64,000 nucleotides of DNA from Perna viridis (taxonomy: Eukaryota), in NCBI GenBank assembly GCA_037379345.1, contig CM074519.1:38342103-38406102 (forward strand), given 5' to 3'. The stretch's first letter is position 1. Every line of letters begins with the position of its first letter. A model generated the notes under the pieces. That model was not told the DNA's origin and searched no databases. It worked only from the letters and a program-made list of their open reading frames with translations. The position numbers were made by a program, and so were the translations under genes. This document shows positions 52,611-64,000 of the stretch, piece by piece.

Positions 52611-53299
52611 GCCAAAGACCTCAATATATCTCGGTGACTGACCGATTTCCCAGCGTCAAATTGAAATAAGTTTCAGTATTATCTACAATGTTGCTTCGCG
52701 TCCAGGTGAGACTAAATCGTTGAAGAGGTCGCAAACTCAACTCCCTTACATGACCTAATATACTGTGGTGTATTCATCATTAAGAATTTATTCAACGATG
52801 TCTCTGAAAACCTGTACAGTTCATAAAATGCATAACCTTCTCTCTCATATAATTTTGAATTTTTCAATTAAGACTTTGGAAACTTAAAATGCCAGATATT
52901 CGTGCGAGTCTCATAAAAGACATTTTCTCCTTAATTCATACCACACCTTCTTTTGATAGAATAAGCACTATCTCCACGTGAAACGATGTTACTCATGATT
53001 TGCATCATAAAATTGATATCAGGAATATAGTGTTATAATTGGCACCAAAAGTGTGATTTTGATGTACTTAATGACTTACAAGGCCTTACATCTGAAGTAC
53101 TCATTATGTAGCATTCCACATCTTTGATAGGGGCTCATTTCATACAGTATATATAAAATACCTAAACATATCAAAATGACAAACTATGCGCTACTTTGAG
53201 GTTCTATAATCTCATCTATGTGGTTTATGGGTAAGTTGTTATGATATTGATAAATGGAAAATAGGAATCGGCATCTTTTTGACATCTTTTTTGTACATA

Positions 53300-53600
53300 C
53301 ATTCCTTTGAGAATAAGATAAAAAGTCACTCAGAACATTTCGCCAGTAACTTGGAAACTGCCTTGTTAAAACTGAATAGATGAGGGGTTGGTAAAGCCTA
53401 GGTGGTTGCAGTCTAAAGTGCATGTGACACTGAATTATAAAATCGTATGGAAGTTCTACCTACAAGTGGATTTGATTTGGTGTCTCTTAACTTAATGACC
53501 CATGCCGTCAAATTTCTCAAGTTACCCCAGGATATAACTTTGGTTTTAATTTGACATACACTCACTAAACTGTTACCTATTGTAGCTGAAAGTACTTCCA
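53300..53600 (-). pseudogene. Possible decayed tyrosine-recombinase (DIRS-like) fragment
   Basis: Adjacent minus-strand ORFs give VIKLRDTKSNPLVG..I.F and, in another frame, QPLIYSVLTRQF...RNVL. This loosely fits the YR pattern LxLxxSKTDxxxxG ... PLF...LTRxxF. No catalytic HxxR seen. Confidence 0.25.
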
Positions 53601-55355
53601 TAAGTACCAGGTGATGACAACTGCAGGAGTGCTTCCCCTTTGCTGCAATTGCCTATTTCCGCCTCGTGTCAATTCAGTAAAATGACATTTTTATTTGTCT
53701 ACAAATGGCTTCCGATGCAAAATGGCGTCAACAAAACCGGCAATGCCTGTTCGTCCCGTCGTTTTCAACTTTTACTCTAATGAGGGAAATCCTTACCTTA
53801 ATTTAGTGGGCGCGAGGAAGCTATTTGAATGAAAGCATCTTAACCAGAAGTGTGAAGTACCTCCTGCTACTTATAAACACTTCAGTTTATCTCCAAGTGT
53901 TACCAGATCCATACCTAATAACTCCAAAGAGGCTCAAATGGCATAGATGAAAATGATTTTGAAATGGAATGATGGACAGGTATGATTTATTGTATACTGT
54001 ATAGTATCTGCATACGTCACACCTGCCACAACCATGCATATATAACTTTAAAAAAATAATAAGTGGCTATAAAAGCCTCTGAAAACATATTATTTTCACC
54101 TAATACTCCCCTCAATTCGGTACTTCTCTATCGTATCTATACTCACTCCAATCACATCCTAACAGGACATCAAGATACGCCATGCTCTTGGCGACCTTAT
54201 TGTGTTTCATTTTTTACTGGAAATACATGTATATACTTCCATTCGTCATAATTGTGTCTTTTTTCCGTCTTTGTCCTATGACATCAATATTTTTGAGGAG
54301 ACATCTCTTTACTGCATTTCTCTCTTATTTCATACTTTTAAAGAAATCACCTCACTGATTTCAACTTCTCTTGAGTTGAGATTTTGACATGAGTGTTTCA
54401 GGTACGGACTGGGTGATTGTTATACCGTCTAAGCATATATACTGAATAGACAACCGTATTTTAGTATTTACCATTAGTTTTCAGTATTTCAATTTCTATT
54501 TTCCTACCAGCATGCCCCAATGCTATTGTGAGCATGTTTTATGTCAGTTTGATGCTTGGGTCAGTTTAAATTAACCTTCTCTTGTTTTAATGGACATTCT
54601 CCATAGGACAAACAACTCGAACTTAATCAAATCATAGGCACTTAATTTCACATTTTCACACCGAGTACTACTTTTGTTCCCTTTCATCCTTTGTGGCAAT
54701 AAGAAAAGTTTTGATCATCAAAGCAACGAAAGTTTTTTTTAACAAACAACATGTTTTCATTGTCTGCAGACACGTATAGTAATTCTCTGGTTTCTTCTTT
54801 ACATCATTCTTACACCTGATGTTGTAGATATCTTTGCTGATGAAATGAAATGAACTAAAAATTATGCTATAGCAAAAGGAACAGATATGGTGAATCGCAA
54901 TGTATATTTTCTGGAATTACGACGATGGAGAGAACAACATGTCTGCATAGTGCAGAATGAGATATGTGGTTCTTAAATCTGCTTGGACTTGAATTTTAGT
55001 CTTTTTAAAACAAATTGCCTGATTGGAATAACATATTTTATGCTATATTATCCAAGCTACCGACCTGTCGAAGATCTTCGGGTGTCAGTAATCAATATCC
55101 ATACGATCTATGTCTTTGCTCGATCTATACACCCAGTGCGTTTTTGTTTTTGTTGTTGTTGAGTGTTGTTGCATCTTTTGATGTTTTTGTTGTGTTGTTT
55201 GCTTGTTTAGTTTAGTTTTGTTGTTTTTTTAATTGTTGAACGTAATTCCGCTTACGGTGGTTGTCTATAGGTAGAAGGACACCTTCTTTTGTGTCAGACT
55301 TCTTTCCCATTTTTGTCATTGGTGTCATTCGGTTGGTGTTATTAGTACTTTTATA

Positions 55356-55357
<2 letters not shown>

Positions 55358-55399
<42 letters not shown>
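55358..55399. repeat. (AT)n microsatellite
   Basis: Direct reading of the sequence. Confidence 0.95.
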
Positions 55400-55402
<3 letters not shown>

Positions 55403-56566
55403 TTGTGTATTACTTGGACAATGCTTTATAATTCTCACAATCAATATAGAGCATCGAGCTGTTAACGCAAATTTGAAGCCATCCATTAGCAGATAGACTT
55501 GGCATCATTTGTCAGGATCTGGTACATTAATGTCGAACCGGTAACCAGTTAATTTGTCAAATACCACCATTGGTGTCAAGTGTACCTTAAAATGAAAGTG
55601 AAATTGATCATTTCATACCCAGTTATACCTCAACAGATATATCATACATCAAACTGTCTGGCTACTTGTTGATTGCTTTATTGCTTTTATTGATACAACA
55701 AAAACGAAGTCCTCCGAATTTTTTGTTCAGTGTCAAAGAGATAGACTTTTGAAAAAAAAAATAAAGATAAGCAAATATGAAGTTTGTTTGAACTTCGTTT
55801 TCTCTCTTACTGAACGATGCAGACAAGACATTCGAAATTCTCGGACATAATTCAATGATCGTTGACAATCATCAAATTAAATTGCGTAAAATAATTCACT
55901 TTTTAAAGGAATCTTACAATTTGTATTAGGGCTTGATTAACAGGCTCTTACATTTGTGAAGATTACAGATCGGGTTAATTTTCACTAGTTTGAGAAAATC
56001 AAGTTTGTTTCAAGAGTGGAGCGTAGGGGAACGAGTGAAAAAGACTAGGAATTTATCTAACAATTACAAGTACCTGTTTCTTCGGTGAAAAAATATATAT
56101 TTTATTCGCTTTTTTTAGACTGAGACATTTCTGAAAAAATAGTATATGCCATTGTTTTGAACATTTCCGGAATAATTTCTTCATATCGTTAACAACGACA
56201 TTCTGTTCTTTCTTACTACAGATATGGCGCTCCGTAGTAATATTTCAATGTTTTGGAACCTTTTTCAAGCGAAATAGAATCGGGAGGTAAAGCCATATAG
56301 TTAACATATCTAACCCCCCTCCCATTTCCATCCGGAATACTTAGTACTTACATCAATCTATATTCCGGTGATTGCTTGTTTTTCGCCTGTTGTAATGACT
56401 ATCCACCTTTAACTCATTTTTTACAATTGCCTTTTAGTTCAATAATATGGTTACGGGTATTTAGTCTGATTATCAAATATGTATTTTTTCATAGCAATAA
56501 AAAGAGAACCAACAGAGAAAGAATATAAGACATACATGTATTTATATCGTTTGTTGTCAATACAAA

Positions 56567-56899
56567 GGCAATTTAGCCTCATACGGCGGAACGCAGAGGT
56601 TCCTACTCCTATCGACTACCACAGCAGGGTTCTTTAACGTGCGAGGAACGTGGCATCTTTCCCAACACGGTGCACCACTATGGTTTGCGGTCAGGTTTTC
56701 CGTATCATGGCCTGACAACCCAAGCATCTAACAGGCAAGGGGGGGGGGGGGTACCCCATTCCACCACCTGATGGACACTACCCAGTTGCTCTGTGGGCAG
56801 AGCGCCCTATCCTGGCTAGGGTTCTGAGCACTATTTAGTCGCCTTTTATGACAAGCTTAGCGCTGCTACATGCCTATTCCTTTGACACTCGGGCCTGCA
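56567..56899 (-). mobile_element. GC-rich structured SINE-like interspersed repeat, copy 2
   Basis: Same orientation and same left boundary (GGCAATTTAGCCTC) as copy 1. Lacks the terminal CCCCG and has an expanded G run at ~56738-56751. Confidence 0.75.
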
Positions 56900-59800
56900 T
56901 TAAACAATATTTGAAGATTTAAGTGTTTTGCATCACGACGAATAAGCGAGGTTATCAGTAGCTTTCAATTGTGTCACTTTTGTCGAAAATGAAATGTGTT
57001 TGTTGATTATTTATTTTCTTTTTTTTTTTTGTGGGGGGGGGGGGGGTGGGGGATGCGTCGTTAAATGGAAATGGTCCATTTAATGTCAGTCTTGTGAAAG
57101 AGACTAAATGAAAGGCGATTTGGTCTACGATTTGGTGTTGCACAGACAAGCCGTTTCGCTAAATTGACATTTTTATACTCATGATAAAACGTAATTCCAA
57201 CGTAAGAATCCTGCCTAAGTAAAATGTCATGGAATTTAACGTCTAGGAACACCCGCTGAGACAGTCACGCAAATTAGAATGTATAGTAGCAAACAACAGA
57301 GGACATAATACCTTAAAACAAAAAAATAAACTAAAAAGCAACTCATACCCTGGAAACACGGTTCTTATGGCAATGCTAGAATAGATTAAGCACGTCTGTT
57401 GGGTTAGTACGTCACTCTGCAACATTCATTCACAAATGAAACCGTATTCAATATTGAATGGTATGACATTTCTCAGTATTTTAACCGACTACACATCAAC
57501 TTTGGTATATCCAATATCTGCTTTATTGTGGTAACTTGATTAAAGAGCAGATGATTGTTTTTCTCTTTGTAAAACTCCTGGAAACCACATTCATTCTTAA
57601 AGTTTATAAATTTGTTACAATTTCAAAATGAAACAGACCAGCTGATACTGTGCCTTGAGTGTTGTGCTGTGATAACATGATGATGTAAGCATTAAAAATA
57701 TTTAACTCCAGGACCGCTTTGGGTTTATTATGCCATGACAAACCATAATCACCTGCGTAAGGTGTTGTATTCTGATTCTATGAATGATGCAAACAATGGC
57801 ACAATTTTACCTGACTCTTGTCTTCATAATGTTTCTTATGTTTTAAATTTATTTTTTTTGAGTAAGTGCATGCTCCTCGTTGTGATCTTCAGCCATGCAG
57901 TAACTTTCAACCAAGGGTGCAATCATTTGATTTTATAGGGAAGCTAGGGTCAATTTTGAAATAAAAAGACAGGACGATTATGTATGGAATAATCCAAGAT
58001 GGCTGGTTGCATGTGGTAGAAAAAAATCAGGATCTATTTTGGACTACATTTTAATGGGGTTATTGCTGATTACAGTAAAGCAACTGGTACACTTAACTTA
58101 ATCAAAATTAGCATAAATATAGACGACATCAAATCTTATAAAGATTTAGACCCAAAAAAGTGTGGACTGACTATTGTAAATAATAATAAAAAAATAGTTC
58201 AAAAAATCAAACTGAAAAAAAAATCCATGATACAAATTTGATTCTACCGAAAACAAAATGTGTTTCAGAGTACATTCTTTCACTCTATATGCTGGCCAAA
58301 CTATCAGTCATCCTACCCAGAAAATAAAAAGGTCCGTGTCTTATCTCCAATAGGGTTAATGAGACTAAACCAGGAAACAGTAGCTCGTGAGGTTGCGATG
58401 GATTGTTCATTTATATTTTCTAACATTGCAAAGTTGGAGTATGTGCACACTCCAATATCATAAGTTTTGGTAATTAATTTGTCGTGGGTCGTGCTACAAG
58501 ATTTCCCAGTAATTTGCATAGAAATCTCTTTGAAGAAGACTTTCTCAAAGTGTGCAGATGTTAGTGTGATAAATATAATTCCATTCACTCATTTTACCTC
58601 TGTATAGTGAAATTCTAGATTTTACTCATTTTTCAAAATCAGTGGTTTTCATATTTCGATTGAAGAAGAAAATTAAAGGTATTAACAAGATACTCTCTTA
58701 CATCCTTATACTTGGTATATAATCAAAGTCGGTCAAGTATATAGATCCGGATGACAGAAACATGACCAGTAGTTAGTACGGTTAACAAGTATAACACACT
58801 GGAACTATAGCAGCGATCTTTTCCCCCAATGCTAACCTCCAGATAACCTTAAAATATAAAGAGAGAAACCTGTTCCATAAATCTGTTTTATATAATGAAG
58901 TCGGCACCATCATGCTCCTGCAGAAGGTGAATGACATGTGATTATTGGTAGTCTGTAACATTGCACAACACCTTGCACTGCTGTTTCTGCTATTCTAAGA
59001 TTTAATTGACACATTTCCATTACTTATAAATTCATCCTCTCTCATTACTTCATTATTGTGTTGTAATCAGACAATTATTTTAAACTTTTTAAAACAGCCC
59101 TGGGTATATCTTAATGATTTGCCAACACTGCAGAAATACAAACTATCATTCCAGAACCCGCGTGCAACAGGACAAATCCCGCGTGCCATGGGACATCGTC
59201 TGCTCGTGGCCGACGCCATCTCTATAGGGCGCGCGCATCTGTAACGTCAATAGATGGAAAAAATAGGCAGAAGTCGAAGTTCTTGTCAAATTTTTAAAGA
59301 GAAGTGTTCATTCCATTAGTTAAATATATTCATGGACAGCATAGTTGTCAATTTTCATGTCAATTGTTATCAAATAAACGCCATTTTATTTATTTCCCCT
59401 GTATACAAACACCCGACTTCCTACATCACTGGAGCCCGAATGCTGAGTTTTCGTCATTTTCTTTCGTTTTTAGCAAGAAAACTATCATTTTATTAATCTA
59501 CCAATATTTTTATAGGTCTCTGTTTTTTGTTTCCTCTCTTTGTTGTGTAATTGTCTGAATTATGAGTCGCTGTCGTTTAACGACTAGGTCAGGTTCCTTA
59601 GTAATTATTCTTCTTTGTAATGATTATCAAATCGCTATCTTACTCATTGCCTGTTCATTTCTTTCGTATTGTGTTTTTGTGTGTTCTGTATGTGTACTTT
59701 ATTCTTCGTTCAAGGGTTTTGATGAACTTGCGAGAGTGCAAAAAAAATCTATCTTCTAATGAAACCTATAAGAAGAAAAAAAATACAAAATGTCCTTTCT

Positions 59801-62260
59801 ATGAATTGGATCCTTAGTTACGCTACCGGCCAAGTATACCCATGCATGCTGTTGGCGTTTGTTGCGTAACTACGGTATTTTTTTTTTTATAGTTCTTCCA
59901 TTTGCAAGAGAAAATGCATACATTTCAACATTGTATACATTTAGAATTGAACTTGTGTAGAAGGCTTGCTTATATTCAGATCGCATGTACAGATTGAAAT
60001 GCTCGACATCAAGCAGACCACGACTTTATTGAAGTGATGTTACAAGTTTTTGCCATGCAATAACGGCTTCTCACTTGAAAATGTTAGGTACACCCGAGAT
60101 TGGTTTCTGATACACGGAATTCGAACCCACGTGGTGACCTAACGTTTATTGCTCTAAACAAATTGGCACCAGGTACCCACTTTTGTCTATATGTTAATGT
60201 GAGTCAAGTGAAATCTGAAACGCCCCCTGAAGATGTTTAAGTTCATATTCTAATTTCATATGTCCGAAAGCTGTTTGATCCTACGTTTTACATGATCCGT
60301 TGAGGCGTCATGATATCGAGTGAATAGGAGAAAATTCCGGAACCCCCTTTTCCCGCCATCATGCAGAATTTATTTTTAGACAATATACAGTAAAGCAGAG
60401 CCATTATTTTTATTTCATCATTTCTTTTAATTTCTCTACTATTTAGCTACCTTCGGAAGCATATTACTGTAGTTCACCCGAATGTCCCTGTTATACAGTG
60501 TATTTTATAAGCATAACATCATGCTGTCTTTTATCAACTATAATGACCACTGTCTTACGGATGTATGAATTAGATGCTTGAATTTCATAAAAACGATGAA
60601 TAAGCTTTACTGTAAGATAAAAACCAGACAAAAATTTACGGCTTGAGTTTCATCACAATAATGGAGACGTCTTCAAGAGAAGGCACAAAGCATACGTCAC
60701 CACAACTATTACACTGGCAATTTTCCACAGCAAACTGTAATCATTTACACCTGCTAATTACTCTAATTTCAGAGGTGAGAAATGTCCTTTTCCACGTTTG
60801 TGTCATCTTAGCTCGTTCAGGCGCGATACGTCACACCTAACCTTGCAGAATGCTACAAAATGAAACCTTAACGTCATTTGTTACCTACACAACATCAAAA
60901 GATATTAAAACAGAACACCTGATATATACCTGCGTGTCTTAGAGCTGCTTCTGGCGTTTGAAACGTCCATAATTTTTAAACCGAATACGACGAGGACACG
61001 ATACTTTTGATGACTTATCCACCGTGAGGTATGAACGTATCACGTTTCTGAATTTTTTGTCCTTCATTTTGATTTCTCTTTTTAAGTCGCTAATATTGTT
61101 AGCGACTTCTTGTACTCGTAATTTCAGTACTGTACATTCGTATATGATTTGCATAATTGTATATTACTACACCACCTTATGCTGCTGATCGGTGCTGTAG
61201 AACCGTCTAATCTAGTTTTTAATGTACCTCTTAAATGCAGTACTATTTGTGTACATTTGTTATAGGTGTGTTTTTTACTTTTATGAGAGCGGGAAGTTTA
61301 CATTTAAAAAATGAAACGATCGGTTAGCATTGAGCTTTCTATAAAATAGCCGAGAAACGCGTGCTCTCCGAGTTGTTTTGATTGAGAAACATTCGGGTCA
61401 TCACGGTTACGAAGTCACCCGATTTTAAATAGAGCACATCGCAATTTGGCTTGAAGTTCGCTGATCTTAGCCGATTGACGAACTGTTGCGTTATACAACA
61501 AAGTTCGAAGTTCGAAGTTCAAAAGTGAAGTCGGTACATATAAAACATTACAAGCTCTAATGAGCTGTTAAAACCGACATAAACTTTGAAACGTTCTAAA
61601 ATGTCAAGTATAAATTATTTCCGAAAAAGAATGCACTTATTTTTCTAGTAATGTACAAATGTACGATATGTCAAAAGATGTGAAATGGGAAAGAACATGA
61701 TTGTATACTATCAATCGACCTAAAACTTCAAGTTTCAGCTCACTAAAATTTGTGATTTTATTTAATTCTGAACCAAGTCCATAAATTGAGAAAAACAAAC
61801 ACTGATTGATTGGGAATTAAATTTAGTAGAGCATCGAATTCGCATGGATGTTGAAGCAAGCCAAAATCAGGGGCATAGAATATTAGACAATTAGCGACTT
61901 TTAAGATATCAGTCTTTGATTTTTTAAGTTGACTTCCTACAAAGAATCAAATCAGATATAGGGCTATTACACTTTTCATAAAATTTGGGGCATTTATAAA
62001 ATTTATATTCAATATATCAAAGCTTAGAAATCAATTTCTCTTCTTACAGTTTTATGCCATGTACACTAAATTGATATCATTCAGGTTTTATGCCTGTATC
62101 ATTCGAGATAGAAGGTTTGAATATCCTGGACCTGTGTAAATAGGAATCTTAGAATATATATTCAATTTTTGAATTATGACCAACGCATTCTAACTGGGAC
62201 GTCGGTGTAGAGTCATTTTCTTTTATACCTAGCTGTAAAACTTGGTTGGGGAGAACGATA

Positions 62261-62892
62261 GAAATTAAGGAAACCAAGATTCGAACGATAATCAAAAGAG
62301 TGTACCTCAATGATAAAGACTAGATAGGGGAAATACACACACACAACAAAGAACATGAAATAACCAAAATAACACGTACAAAGAAACAAAAAAAAATGCA
62401 TGAGAAAGCCGGACTCCACTATGAACTAGGAGCATGGACCAAATGTTCCGTTAGGGTAAGCGTTGCTCTTAAAATGTCACGACCGAGGTGAACGAAAGAT
62501 AAAAGGAAATAGTAATCAAGGGAACCAATATTATAGCGGAAATCAAAAGAATGTAATCAGGTGACAAAGATCAGACATAGAAAACAGACACACACAACAA
62601 AGAACATAAAGTAACCAAAATAACACGTCGAAGTAATATGATGCGGTGAACAAATATGGATACCCCATAACGATCCACGAGTTCATAGTGACGGCCATAA
62701 AACTTTTGTAGTGATAATTTTAATCTTGTAGCATAACCCTGTTCCTGAAGCCTAATTGAAAGAAATCTAGCACGGTTCAAATAGTCCGCGTAGTTTGACA
62801 AGTTCTGGCATTACACATGAGTTATGATATTAAAACTCTATACGCATGGGCTTAAGATTAAAGAGAGTTGACAATACGGAATGAGAAGTTCA
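62261..62892 (-). mobile_element. Penelope-like remnant with two tandem 3' tails
   Basis: ORF 62571-62801 encodes the RT thumb NYADYLNRARFLSIRLQEQGYATRLKLSLQKFYGRHYELVDRYGVSI. One tail lies at 62511-62630 and a second diverged tail at 62261-62465. Confidence 0.82.
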
Positions 62893-63778
62893 GAGAAGAC
62901 TTCATTATATTGAGTTCCAAGTTAATTATAGACAACTGTATATGCTTTACGGTGAATGTAAGTTATCAGAATAATTTATATTTTGTATAGGATGATTCAA
63001 GGTGGATGAGGTCATCCCCACTTTTGATTGATTATAAAGAAAATATCTGGAATAGGTACCCTCTTAAGCCACTGAGTCAGCGCCTCCTTTTTCTGGAACT
63101 TCTTGGCCCGCCACTGTCCCCTCCATGCATATTTTATGTTTGAATTGATTCCTATGTTATTTATATATAAAGAGCCTTTGTTTCAGATTTAATTTATTTG
63201 ATGTACCTGTGTTTTACGTTAAACACACTTTCCCTTTACTGTGTAGGCCTAATGTAATGACTTGATTTACCTAGTCCTCTTTGAAGTGATCGTTTACAAT
63301 GGAGTTTAGTTTGGTTGCTCTGTTACCTGTTCTTCAGCCCATTCTCAGCGAATTCTTGTCGCCATTCCTCTTACCCTTACACCATAACCTGGTCAGACTT
63401 TTACTTTTGATATATAGAAAAAGATAACATTCTTCAGAGTAATATGTTTGAATACGTCACCTTGTCAGACTCGTGCCGGCAGAAAATTGTAACTTAAGTG
63501 GTACATTGTTTGTTCTGAAACACCAGCCGTACTCATTGAAGAATTTATAAACTATCTCCACTGTATTTAGCTAACAACTCTCTCCGATACTGATAAATTT
63601 GTCGAGCAGAGATCGTAAATCTTTCTGTTTGTTTTGAGTGCAACTTCATTTTTGAAACAGAAAAACGTACTTCTATACTAGACCATAAATCACACAGGTC
63701 TATGTGTATAAGTAGTGTCTGGCTCTGATTGGACTGGTTTTATAGACAGACGTCAGACAAGAATAGTGTGTGATCACT

Positions 63779-64000
63779 GGGCTCTACTTGGACTTATGTT
63801 GTAGAAGGGTGTCAGGAAGGGTATTGTGTGAACATCGGGCTCTACTTGGACTTGTGTTGTTGAAGGGTGTCAGGAAGGGTATTGTGTTAACTTTGGGCTC
63901 TACTTGAACTTGTGTTGTTGAAGGGACTCAGGAAAGGTATTATGTGAACATTGGGGTCTACTTGGACTTGTGTTGTAGAAGGGTGTCATGAAAGGTATAG
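63779..64000. repeat. 58-bp tandem repeat, about 4 units, running off the window edge
   Basis: Unit GGGCTCTACTTGGACTTRTGTTGTWGAAGGGTGTCAGGAAGGGTATTGTGTGAACATC with starts at 63779, 63837, 63895 and 63953. Confidence 0.93.

Noticed and set aside
31613-60838. Scattered T-box half-sites (AGGTGTNA/TNACACCT) as evidence of autoregulation
   Set aside because: The count is within about two-fold of chance expectation, and the distal sites are not clustered.
63055-63680. Coding-looking minus-strand stretches (for example MEGQWRAKKFQKKEALTQWLKR)
   Set aside because: Interrupted by stops, with no recognisable family or supported exon chain.

Overview
AT-rich (by eye about one-third GC) animal genomic DNA. 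It is most likely a mollusc, probably a bivalve, judging by the repeat families present. The only intact protein-coding gene I can support is a five-exon T-box transcription factor of the Tbx2/3 (optomotor-blind) subfamily on the + strand. Its CDS is 3904-4256, 5771-6038, 7631-7777, 8227-8303 and 8509-9649 (1986 nt, 661 aa), with a GC-box/CCAAT/TATA-Inr promoter and an ARE-bearing 3' UTR. The remaining ~54 kb is a gene desert. About 10-30 kb is repeat-poor with motif-dense enhancer-like islands. About 30-64 kb holds decayed Penelope-like (Naiad-type) RT fragments, two MITE families each present as an inverted pair, minisatellites, a cluster of long hairpins and two copies of a ~330-bp GC-rich repeat. 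Best leads: (1) that repeat's predicted RNA pseudoknot plus stem-loop, with a compensatory base change between copies; (2) a recursive-splice-like AG|GTAACA at Tbx2/3 exon 4; (3) an apparent excess of TGGCGCC (BMP-Smad/Brinker-type) sites; (4) a 145-nt near-perfect hairpin; (5) a candidate Trp-rich micro-exon. All alignments, counts and folds were done by eye.
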